A DNA stretch of 64,000 bases, from NCBI RefSeq assembly GCF_000143415.4, contig NW_003314272.1:716184-780183 (forward strand), given 5' to 3'. The notes beneath the pieces were generated by a model that saw only the letters and a list, made by a program, of their open reading frames with translations, was not told where the DNA came from and did not search any database. How positions within the stretch are numbered: position 1 is the first letter of the stretch; the number at the start of each line of letters is the position of its first letter. This stretch comes from Selaginella moellendorffii. Taxonomy: Eukaryota; Plantae; Lycopodiophyta. Shown here one piece after another: positions 1-11,092 of the stretch. The position numbers and the translations under genes are program-made.

Positions 1-709
1 TCCTCCTGACGATCCTCCAGGAACGCGAGACAAGTCCCAAGGATTGGAAGTTACCTGTGAATGAGAACATAAGAAAACTTGTTGCAAACTATGACGAACA
101 ACTTACTTGGTAAGCCGAGCTTTCGGTGGAGCTCCCCATGCCAAACTCGTCGAGGTTCGTCTTTCCTATGAGCACTGCCCCGGATTCTTTGAGCCTTTTC
201 ACTGCCGTGGCATCGTATGGAGGCCTGTATCCATCCAAAATCCGGGAGCCTCCAGTAGAAGGCATGCCTTGCGTGCACAGATTATCCTTGATTGCGATGG
301 GAATACCTGCAAGAGGCCCAGGATCATCGCCTCTGGCTAGCCTGCCGTCAATCTCCGCCGCCTCATCCAATGCGCTGCTGGAAATATGGAGGAAGCTCTT
401 CACATCCGGCTCCTTCTCCCGCAATCGATCCAGATACTCCGTGACGATCTCCACGGCGCTGATCTCCTTCTTTCGCAGCTGCGTTTGGAGCCTAGAGATT
501 TGCGATGCTGCCGGCTTGGATCTTGGAATGGCCGGCGATGCCAATATCGACGCGCTTGCCGTGGCCATGGCTGCTCTAAATCGGCAAGAGGATGGAGACA
601 AATCACCTGCATTCCTGAAGAATCTGGCGCTGCGGGCATCGCCATAGCCGTGAGCTTGCGCCTGGCCATAGCCATGGGCATGCGCTTGGGCGCCCAACGA
701 AGACGCCAT
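1..709 (-). CDS. GATA: Glu-tRNA(Gln) amidotransferase subunit A, organellar; 5' part, runs off the window
   Basis: Transit-peptide-like N-terminus, then [13 protein letters not shown] and [15 protein letters not shown]. After the intron at 55-106 comes [15 protein letters not shown] (amidase signature). Confidence 0.93.
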
Positions 710-826
710 TGTGATATGCCCCCCGCGGGCATTAGCTAGGGTTTTTATTTTGCTAGGCCACATTTTTGTTTGATCCAGCTGCCGCTGGAATTTCCAAGAG
801 GCGAGGCGGCAATCGATCCATCGGCG

Positions 827-1915
827 ATGGAGGCCAGCGCTCTTTCGCCAGCAATCTTGCCGCTTCCGATCGTCAAGGCGAGGTAAGGATCAAGCCTTGA
901 TTATCACACAAGATTACCTCTCTTTCTTGCAGCAACAGTGTTAGCTATGCCTCGATCAAAACCAAGCCTGGAGTTCTTGCGCAATCCGCGGAAGAACGTT
1001 CACCGCTTATGAAGGAACGCCGGAGGTGAAGTGATTTTTTTAAAGGGAAGCTCTTTTGTGAAATTCCTTTCATTTTAGGTGCCAGTGCTATGATCTTTAT
1101 GACCAGCTCGTCCCTTACACAGATGCTTGGAGGTGGCAGAAAAGCATCGTGGCCGATTATGCGAAAGCTCTCAGCCAAGATCAAGGCAGCCCAGCGCTCG
1201 ACACCGTGATCTTGCTCCAACACACTCCCGTCTACACAATGGGGACTGGGAGCTCTTCCAAGTTCCTCAACTTTGCCACGGACGATCCTCCTCACGAGCT
1301 TCACGTTACTGAGAGAGGTGGAGAGGTAACTTACCATGGACCAGGCCAGGTACGAGCGATCGTCCTTCGAAAAGAGCTCGTCGAAGATAAACCCTCTTCT
1401 TTCTCCTTTGCAGCTTGTCATGTACCCCATTCTAAACTTGAGGAACTACAAGCTCGATCTCCACTGGTACCTCCGAGCTCTGGAAGAAGTGGTCATACGG
1501 GCGCTCTGGTCGGCGTACTCTCTCAGAGCTTCTCGCGTCGATGGCTTCACAGGCGTCTGGATTGGTATAACGCAACCTTTCTCCAAGTTTTCATTCTTTT
1601 CCTTTACGTCTTCCACCAGGAGAGGAGAAACTCGCGGCGATCGGAGTCCGTGTCTCAAAGTGGATCACCTTCCACGGCCTGGCGCTCAACGTCACCACCG
1701 ACCTCTCCCCCTTCAGCAAGATCGTTCCTTGCGGCATTCGCGACAAAGCCGTGGGGAGCGTCGCCAAGCTCGTCGATCCAGCGTCGTCCAACACAGCGAT
1801 GCTCAACCACGTCCACAGGCATTTGCTCCAGGCATTCTCCGACGTCTTCAACACAGAGCTGGTCCACCCAAGACAACAGCAATTACTATACAAACACGAT
1901 TATCATTCACTATAA
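827..1915 (+). CDS. LIP2: Octanoyltransferase LipB/LIP2, 5 exons (827-882, 933-1025, 1079-1349, 1414-1564, 1620-1915)
   Basis: [31 protein letters not shown] and [22 protein letters not shown] motifs; GT-AG introns join the exons in frame. Confidence 0.93.
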
Positions 1916-1974
1916 TTAATCACACCATTGTCACAAGCTATACATTATTGTCAAGTTCTCGGGATCGAGCTAGC

Positions 1975-2986
1975 TTAGTTCCATGGCTCCTGGTTGTAGC
2001 AATCCACATGTGGTCCAGTGTCAACCCCCAGGAGAACTCCGAGACGCTTGTAAAACCCAACTCGAACTTTGCCATGGGCATTAGGACCCTGCCCACATTC
2101 TTCGCGTCCATTGATGATATTAGTGACTGTTCCATAACACCCAGTAGTTCTCCCGGCACTAATATCGACTTTTCTTGGCTTCCACACGCCGAGGATCACA
2201 TCGTGGCAAGAGGGCGTGTTGCCTTGCGGGGTCATCCAGAACCAGAGAGCGGTCTTGAATGCCACCTCGGGATCTTTAGCGACCATCTCTGGGTGTTTGA
2301 TTCCATCGAAACCAAGAGCACGTCCACAGGCTCCATAGTTGAAGTTCCTGTAGATCACAAGCATTGGATCACATGGTTTATGATATATTGTTATACCATT
2401 TAAGCTGCAATGGTCCTCGGCCATGGTAGCTCTTGCCGGAAGCGCAACGCCAGGCTGCCGATTTCTTGCAATACCGGCTTTTATCTTGTGATTCCACCAA
2501 GCAGAATGGACCAGAGAGCAGCCCTCCTAGCAACCCACCTGGATCGCACACAAAGAAACTCAAGTTACGTAAAGGTGGCGGGCTATGAACGTGAAAAGTT
2601 GGTCGCTCACCTGATCCGGCTGTTTGAGCCGACGTCTGGGCAAAGAAGGCGGCAATCTCCATCTTACGCTGCTCCGGGGAACCCGTGCACCCAAATGCCG
2701 GGAAGGCCTTGGCGGCGGCCATGAAGGATGCGTGCGTATAGAAGGAGGATCCCGCGCAGCCGATGCCAGCCTTCTTCTTGTCCAGCAGCTGGTCGAACAG
2801 GTCGCTCGGGATGAGGGCTCCAATGTCGATGAGCGGTGGCAATAGAGAGGTGGTGTTGTGACTGTGAGCATCTTGAGCTCTTCCTCCTCGTTTTCCACTG
2901 CAATTGCAATGGTTTGCTGCAACCAAAGAACTTAGAACAAGAAGCAGAGAGAAGATCAAAGCGAGAGAGAGTTTTGCAAATGCCAT
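1975..2986 (-). CDS. GH19 chitinase-like secreted protein, copy 1 (exons 2986-2611, 2538-2397, 2347-1975); catalytic HET motif reads AQT
   Basis: Signal peptide; [50 protein letters not shown]. Confidence 0.9.
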
Positions 2987-3898
2987 TGTTGGCTATCTTT
3001 TGCTAGTGTGGAGTGGGAGATGGAAGTGTGGGTTTGTGAGGGATCTTGTGTGGGTTTATATAGAGAGCGCATGATCTGTGCGTGATCGAGTCAGCACTAG
3101 AGCAAAGAGGGGCTCTGTCCAGGTCGCGACAGACAGTAAGGTATGGTTTTCTTCGTGTCACATTGTGTGGAGAGGATGTTGACCACCACAACGAAGTGCC
3201 AAGATTAGAGAGACTGAAGGAGTGCATCCAATTTACTATTTCTACATTGTGCTATGAAAACTTGTGAGTGACCAGCCAAACTTTAACATCAGCTGGAGTG
3301 CAGTGTGATCCAGCCACCCTAGTTTCTGGAAAAGTTTTTAGTTTATTTGATACTTGATAGTCTAAAATATGCCCTTCTTGGGATACAATGTTCATATTTG
3401 GAATAGACTTCCATAAACAGGAATTAAAACATGTAATATATATAAAATATATGACACAGAAAACCGGCCTTCTCCAATCGCGAATACCAATATTGACAAT
3501 TCTCATCACGGCATGTACTGGACAATCCATGCAGGCGATGGCATTCCAGCGGATGGATCTTGAAGGGGCTTGGGATGGATCTTCACCAGCTAACGTTTTT
3601 CTGCCACCAGCGGGAAGTGTGGGATCATCGCGGCCGATAGCAGGCGGTGTATGATCGTGCTGCTGCGAATGCCTGGCTCCTGGATCTGGCGAAAGCAATC
3701 CACGGAAGAGTAATCGCCGACGACCACATAGATCGAACCACCGTGGGCATTGCGTGGTAAGATGCCAAAGCTTTGAGGATTCCGTGGCCAGCGATTCCCA
3801 CCGTGAATGTCCGCTAGGCTGCTTAAGATTGCCATACAACGAGCAGCATTTATGAATTGGATGGTTCCATTGAAGAAGACTGACGACCGTGGCCGGAC

Positions 3899-6500
3899 TT
3901 AAGGCAACTGGTAATCGCTTCTCTCTATATATCCAATCAGGATCAATTCATATACATTGTGTCTAACTTGTTCAAAACGAGCTCCAAATTCTCGACCTCC
4001 GCAGCAGCATGATCTATGAATTCCCCCACCCGGACATCGTACAGAGCACGGAGCCTCCGTGGATTTTCCAGCACTTGGTAGAGCAGCACACCTCCAATCC
4101 TCGCCCTCTTGAAAGTTGAAAGGATTCGACTTGATCCTCTCCCCTCCATACTCGAGCCCAGAACGCAGGTGTTCCATCCTCGCCTCCACCACCTTCCTCA
4201 AAGCGTTCCTTGCAGCAGCACTGGAATCCATAGCCAGGGGAACAATGCTCGGAGAAAAAGAACTTAATAGCTTCCAACTTAGGTGTCTCTGGTCCATGAG
4301 CAATCCAATCACTCTGCCAATGAGCTCTTCATCCCCAAACCAGAACACATTCTCCACGAAATCCCTGGCCATGGGAATCACACTGCAATGGCGGACGCTT
4401 GCCACCCTATTGTACTCATCCTGAGCAAGCTCTTCCGCGGAATCAAAGTGCTCTTTCGCAGAATCAAAGTTCGCAGTGGGATAAATATCGTAAATTAGTG
4501 AGCCTTGACGAGGAGCATTCCCATGCAAGTGAGAAGCACACAGCCCAGCAAGCAAGGCTGTCACTGCCCCCCGCTCTTTCATGCCTAGCAAACTGGCTGC
4601 GCTCCTCATCAGTGTCAATGTCCTCACCAGTCTAAATTTATTCTTCCTCTCCTCCCAGACTAAAGACTTTGCTGTATTCGTCGACAATTTTCGCCATGAA
4701 ACCAGAAACGGCAGTACTAGCACTAGACTGTAGTTGCATTTGTAATACACTTTGAGTTCCTCTTCCACGTCCACCAGCAGCTGATTCTCCACCTTGCTTG
4801 CGAGCTGCACGGCAATGTCTAGCGAGCCATACGCCGCAAGCTTGGAGATCAGCTTCACAACACTGGCCAGGAACCGTCTGTAAACATCGAAAATGGTTGC
4901 ACGCCCCATGTGCCTCGATGAAAGTTTTAGCTTGAGTTTCTCCGCTTCCAAATCCGTTGATGTTAGCTTGTCCACTCGAGCTTCCACGGTCTTGCGGTAC
5001 TCATGGCTGCAATGCACTGCCAGTGCAACGCACTCAAGCGGGGCCTCGGAGACGATCTCCAAAGCCTCGGCCTTGCACGCTGGAGTGTCGACTAACAGCT
5101 TCTCTAAAAGTTTGGCAGGACATTTCTTGACATATTGCATGAGCTTTCTGGCCAGCTCCATCGCTCCATGCTCACACCCCGCGGACTTGAGGTTGCCCAG
5201 CAAATTCTCAATTCCCTGATCAAACATGGAGTAAGACTGTAGGTTCCCGAGGCACAAGTCCAAAACCTTGCCTATGGCCGGCTTCCACTTCTCTAGTGCC
5301 ACCTCGAGTCTTCCCTTGCATCCTCAGCAGTGGCAGCGTCTTTCAAGAGCCCAGCCACAATTGTGCTGTGGACGGGACTCGAGCAACTCGAGAGAATCGC
5401 ATCACAGCGTTTACTCTTGGGCCAGGCCACCAGCACTGCGACGTGATAGTACTCTGTTCCACCTTTGTTCCCCAGGTACCCTTGCTTGTCAAAGTTTTCC
5501 TCGTCATGTAACTTGTCAAATGGCTCTAGACTGTTACCACCAACGAATCTCAGTACGTCGTTGATCGGCTATCTTCTAAATTTCAGGAAGTGATTCTTGG
5601 ATCATCATTACCAACATCATCATCATCAACTTTATCATGATCCTGTACAAGCTTGGTGAGCATGCAGAGATGGAGGTCCCGGAAATCACACCCCCGGAGA
5701 AGAGCAGCCACCATGCGATCGTCTCCCTTGAGCCCAGCAAAGCGCAAGCTCTTGCTCAAGTACTTGTGGCAGACCGGGATCACCATCTTTGCTCTAACAC
5801 CCTCGCTGCAGCTTGCCCATTCTTGCATCAAAGACTGAACGCGGGGCAGTGACGATATGAAGAACGCACGCCCAAGAACCTGGTGTTCTTTCTCACCAAG
5901 ATAAACACCAAGCACAATCTCGGTCCTCTCGTCACCTCGTCAAGCTTGTGCTTGCAGTCACAGAAAAAGGTGGTGTAGAAGTAGCTACTAGTGGATTGGA
6001 AGTTCAAAGCCTTGGAGCAGCCCAAGTGCTGGACTGTGAGAGCTCCACCCCCATGGCCCATTTGGGTGGGGAGCTGGATGACCATGGTCGCAAACATCCC
6101 ATCTTCCTTTTCCGTGTCCCTTGAAATGCCCACCTTACATCTTGTAGAGTTTCACGCCAAGCTCCACGGCTCTGGCGTCCACTCCCATGTTCGAGAGAGC
6201 GGCGGACGCTACGTCGTGGACGGTCTTAAACTCTGGATTGTCGGGGAAGGAGATCTTGGAGGAGTTGCCAGACGCGGACGCTGGTGTCGAAACGAGTCCG
6301 CTTGCCAATGCGAAAAGGTGCCGGCTGTGAGACATGCTTGAGCTTAGCAAGATCCTCGGGTGAGAGTGGGAGCTGGATGGCGCCACCGGTGATGCCCTCT
6401 ACTGCCACAGTCCGTGGAATAGGATAACGCTGCACATCGATCTCACCTCCAACAGCAAAAGTGTTTGCCGATACGCCATGCCAAAGCACTTTGAGAAGCT
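3899..6500 (-). pseudogene. Frameshifted 2OG-Fe(II) oxygenase-like gene (fungal/bacterial-type family) with a long C-terminal region (ORF 3899-5302)
   Basis: Motifs are spread over several frames: FAVGG...QLPLS...QPAPFRIGKRTRFDTSVRVWQL; KLYKM-stop; RDTEKEDGMFATMVIQLP..GHGGGAL; TTFFCDCKH; CHKY...LKGDD; GYLGNKG..YYHVAVLVAWP. Confidence 0.7.
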
Positions 6501-8167
6501 CCTGCGTCATTAAACCTATCCTCTGCGAGAGATCAAGAAGTCTAGAGGTCATGACACAAATATTTGCAATCGGTAACCAGAAAGTCGTCACCAACAATCT
6601 AGACAATAGAGGGACCTGGGATTGGGGAGCGTCTAACGCCCAGATCCATGCCCAGCTGGTCACCCAGCGCATAACATTGCTGGCGGAGCAAAAGCATGTG
6701 AAACGTGATGTACAGACAGCAATGAACAGGAAAATCCACCTTTTGTCGAAACCTCTTACCTAGGTTGCGCTTCTTGATGTAAAGTCTCCTTGTAGTGCCG
6801 AATTTAATCTGAAACTAACCTTGCATCACTCAAGGCTCCACACCGGATCCCAGGGCCGCAGAGCAGGAGAAGGCGACTCCGGACAAGCCACCCCTTGCCC
6901 CAAGAAACATCAAACTCATTTTCCATCCTGCATGACCCGCTGGGTGACCAGCATGCCATCATTCCCATCCAGCTTTTCACACTTCTCATAGTATGGTATA
7001 TGGCCGTGGAAGGAGTCAGCTGGCAAATGAAGCTAACATACGAAAGCAATCCATAACCTGAACATTGCCAAAAACAAAAGAAAGTACTACAGAGGTTAAG
7101 CTTCTTCTGATTTCTTAGAAGGTCATAAACTCCGTCCCTTGATCAGGGAATGCGAAGTCTGACAAGAAGCTGAACAACCATTTCAAGGAGCTCCTTGTAG
7201 AAAAGTGAGTGCATTGATCATTTTATTGTCGAACATTGTTTTTTTGTGGTGTTTCAGGCAGCAAAACGAGCTAGCCACAACCTGTGCATCTATCACACAT
7301 TTACAACAGTGAGAGATACAGGAGGATTCTGTTCGCTCAAGCTTGAGAACTGGCACTATGGAGAATACCTGGTGAGAATACTGTTTGTACGTGCTCCTCC
7401 CCTCATTGAGCTAGTCCTGTTCCCCAGTCAGGGCATTTGGAGTGGTTCGTCATGTTTAGTGTAGCTATTGATCAAGGTTTCTTGTCATTTCTTTCTCTAG
7501 CGTGCTCTTTTCATTGATTTCTTCACCCGAATCCCCAATAGGAGTATTCTATTGTCTAGATTGACTTTCTGGTTACCAATTGCAAGTTTTTAAAATTATT
7601 TGTGCCAGAATATCACAAATGTGACTGCAGGGAATGTGCACACATGACCTCTAGACTCCAGGGATCCCTCTTGACTTTTAATCTCTTCCACTCCAGGTCG
7701 CAGATGATCTGTGTGGAGTGAAAGTTGGGACTTTTGAGCTATGATCCACGTGTGCATCGATGCTTGTTGGGAATAGTTTGGCTTGAACGTGATTGTATTA
7801 TAAGTTCTGATTAGAATGCTAAAATTCCATTGGTTATCATTGGACTGTTTTGAGTAGCAAGATGAGCAACAAGAGGCCAGTCAAGGCATGCGAGCTGGAG
7901 AAAGCCCTCAATCTATGGGCTGGATCACACTGCAAATAAAATTTTGGCAAGCTAATACTAAAGATACAAAAGTAAACCTCCTTCAGATCATGGTACTTCT
8001 TAGTGGTGGTCTCCACACTATGTGACACGAAGAAAAGCATACCTTACTGTCTCTCCTGGAACGAATCCCTCTTTTCTCTAGTGCTGATCGATCACGCACA
8101 GATGACGCGTTCTCTATAGATCCCTTAAAAAAACCCAGCACTTCCAACTAGCAAAAGAAAACCAACG

Positions 8168-9069
8168 ATGGCATTTCCAAAAATCTCTCTAGTTTTGATC
8201 GTCTCTCCTCTTCATGTTCTAAGTTCGTTGGTTGCAGCAAACTGCCTGCTCATTCTGCTCTCTGCTGCCATGATCCATTGTCAGTTCCATGCTCCTTGCA
8301 ATTGCGGTGGAAAAGGACGAAAAGGAGGAGGAGGAGCTCCAGGTGATCACAATCACCAATCGGCGCCGCTCACCATGTTGGACAAGAAGAAGGCTGGCAT
8401 GGATCCTCCTTCTACACGCACGCATCCTTCATGGCCGCTGCCAAGGCCTTCCCTGCACCGGCATTTGGGTGCACGTTCCCCCGAACAGCGCAAGACAGAT
8501 CGCCGCCCTATTTGCCCAGAAATCGGCTCAAACAGGTGAGACCAACTTTTCACTTTCATAGCCCGCCACCTTTACTTGAGTTTCTTTGTGTGTGATCCAG
8601 GTGGGCTGCTAGGAGGGCTGCAGTCTGCTTGGTGGAACAGGATAAAAGTCGGTATTGCAAGGAATCGGCAGCCTTGCGTTGCGCTCCCACCATGGCCAAG
8701 GACCATTGCTGCTTACATGGTATAGAAATATATTGTAACCCATGTGATCTAATGCTTGCGATCTACAGGAGCTTCAACTATGGAGCCTGTGGACATGCTC
8801 TTGGTTTTGATGAAATAAAAAAATCCAGAAATGGTCGCACCGCTCTCTGGTTCTGGATGACCCCGCGATGTGATCCTCGGAAGCAAAGTCGATATTAGTG
8901 CCGGGAGAACTACTGGGTGTTATGGAACAGTCAATAATACCATCAATGGACGGGAAGAATTTGGGCAGGGTCCTAATGCCCATGGCGTTTTACAAGCGTT
9001 CTCGGACTTCTCCTGGGGGTTGACACTGGACCAAATGTGGATTGCTACAACCAGGAGCCTTGGAACTAA
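8168..9069 (+). pseudogene. Inverted, deletion-riddled copy of the GH19 chitinase-like gene
   Basis: Recognisable fragments ([53 protein letters not shown]) in shifting frames. Confidence 0.88.
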
Positions 9070-9167
9070 GTTAGCTCAATCGCGGGAACTTGACAATAGT
9101 GTAACTTTGTGGCAATGGAATGATAATATAGTGCTTGTGCAGAGATTGCTATTGTCTCGGGTGGACT

Positions 9168-9360
9168 AGCTCTGTGTTGAAGACGTCCGAGAATGCCTGG
9201 AGCAAATTCTTGTGGATGTGAGCGAGCATGTCTGTGTTGGGCGACGATGAATCGACGAGCTTGGCGACGGGTCACGAATGCCACAAGGAATGATCTTGCT
9301 GAATGGGGAGGGGTCAGTGATGACATTGAGAGCCAAGCTGTGGAAGGTGATCCACTTTGA
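9168..9360 (-). pseudogene. Duplicated 3' exon fragment of LIP2 (inverted)
   Basis: Reverse complement of about 1655-1880 ([13 protein letters not shown]...KIIPCGIRD) with deletions. Confidence 0.85.
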
Positions 9361-9439
9361 GCTGGAGAGGACCAGTGGTGGAGGAGAATGTTCTGCACCT
9401 CTCCAGTGATCCTTGCAGCACAGAACCCCCAAATGGTTG

Positions 9440-9680
9440 GTTTCCACAGCTTGGCTTTCAATGTCACCACCGACCTCTCCCCCTTCAGCAAGATGTTTTT
9501 TTGCAGCATTCACGACAAGGCCTTGAGGAGCGTCGCCAAGCCCATCAATTCAGCATTGCCCCAACACAAACAACAAAAATTTGCTCCATTCTTGGATGTC
9601 TTCAATATAGAGCTAGTCAATAGCAATCACTATACAAACACTATATTATCATTCATTATAATTAATCACACCATTGTCAC
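9440..9680 (+). pseudogene. Duplicated 3' exon fragment of LIP2 (direct)
   Basis: [17 protein letters not shown]...DVFNIELV, matching about 1670-1935. Confidence 0.85.
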
Positions 9681-9719
9681 AAAGTTACATTATTGTCAAG
9701 TTCTCGCGATCGAGCTAAT

Positions 9720-10726
9720 TTAGTTCCATGGCTTCTGGTTGTAGCAATCCACATTTGGTCCAGTGTCAACCCCCAGGAGAACTCCGAGACGCTTGTAAAA
9801 CCCAACTCGAACTTTGCCATGGGCATTAGGACCCTGCCCACATTCTTCGCGTCCATTGATGATATTAGTGACTGTTCCATAACACCCAGTAGTTCTCCCG
9901 GCACTAATATCGACTTTGCTTGGCTTCCACACGCCGAGGATCACATCGTGGCAAGAGGGCGCGTTGCCTTGCGGGGTCATCCAGAACCAGAGAGCGGTCT
10001 TGAACGCCACCTCGGGATCTTTTGCGACTATCTCGGGGTTTTTTATTCCATCGAAGCCAACAGCACGTCCACAGGCTCCATAGTTGAAGTTCCTATAGAT
10101 CACAAGTGAGAATCATATGGTTTACAATATATTCTATACCATTTGAGCTGCAATGGTCCTCGGCCATGGTAGCTCTTGCCAGGAGCGCAAGGCCAGGCTT
10201 CCGATTGCTGGCAATATCGGTTTTTATCATGTGATTCCACCATGCAGTATCCAGAAGAGAGCAACCCTCCTGGAAGCCCACCTAAGTCACACACAAAGAA
10301 ACTCTAGTTATGAAAAGGTGGCGGGCTATGAAAGTGGAAAGTCGGTCTCTCACCTCCGGCGGTTTGAGCCGACGTCTGGGCAAAGAAGGCGGCGATCTCC
10401 GTCTTGCGCTGCTCCGGGGAACCCGTGCACCCAAATGCCGGGAAGGCCTTGGCGGCGGCCATGAAGGATGCGTGCGTGTAGAAGGAGGATCCCGCGCAGC
10501 CCATGACAGCCTTCTTGTTGTCCAGCAGCTGGTCGAACAGGTCGCTCGAGACGAGGGCTCCAATGTCGATGGTGGGCGGCGATGGAGAGGTGGTGTTGTG
10601 ACTGTGGCCGCCTTGAGCTCTTCCTCCTCGTTTTCCACCGCAATCGCAATGGTTTGCTGCAACCAAAGAACTTAGAACAAGAAGCAGAGAGGAGATCAAA
10701 GCGAGAGAGAGTTTTGCAAATGCCAT
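9720..10726 (-). CDS. GH19 chitinase-like secreted protein, copy 2 (exons 10726-10354, 10281-10140, 10092-9720); HET motif reads AQT
   Basis: Near-identical paralog of 1975-2986 with an intact frame and splice sites. Confidence 0.9.
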
Positions 10727-11092
10727 TGTTGGCTATCTTTTGCTAGTGTGGAGTGGGAGATGGAAGTGTGGGTTTGTGAGGGATCTTGTGTGGGGTTTAT
10801 ATAGAGAGCGCGTGATCTGTGCGTGATCGAGTCAGCACTAGAGAAATGAGGGGCTCTTTCCAGATCGATCCAACCGCGTCGCGACAGGATTTGAGAGACA
10901 GTAAGTTATGCGTTTCTTCGTGTCGCTTAGTGCGGAGAGGATGTTGACTGCCACTAAGAAATGTCATGATGACTCTGACCAGCATTCTAACATAGATTTG
11001 TTGAATAAATTTAATTTACTACTGTCTTAAGGTCAAAGTGCTAATATTAAGTATTGGACTAAATATTTTTTCATAAAAAGGTTCACAATATA

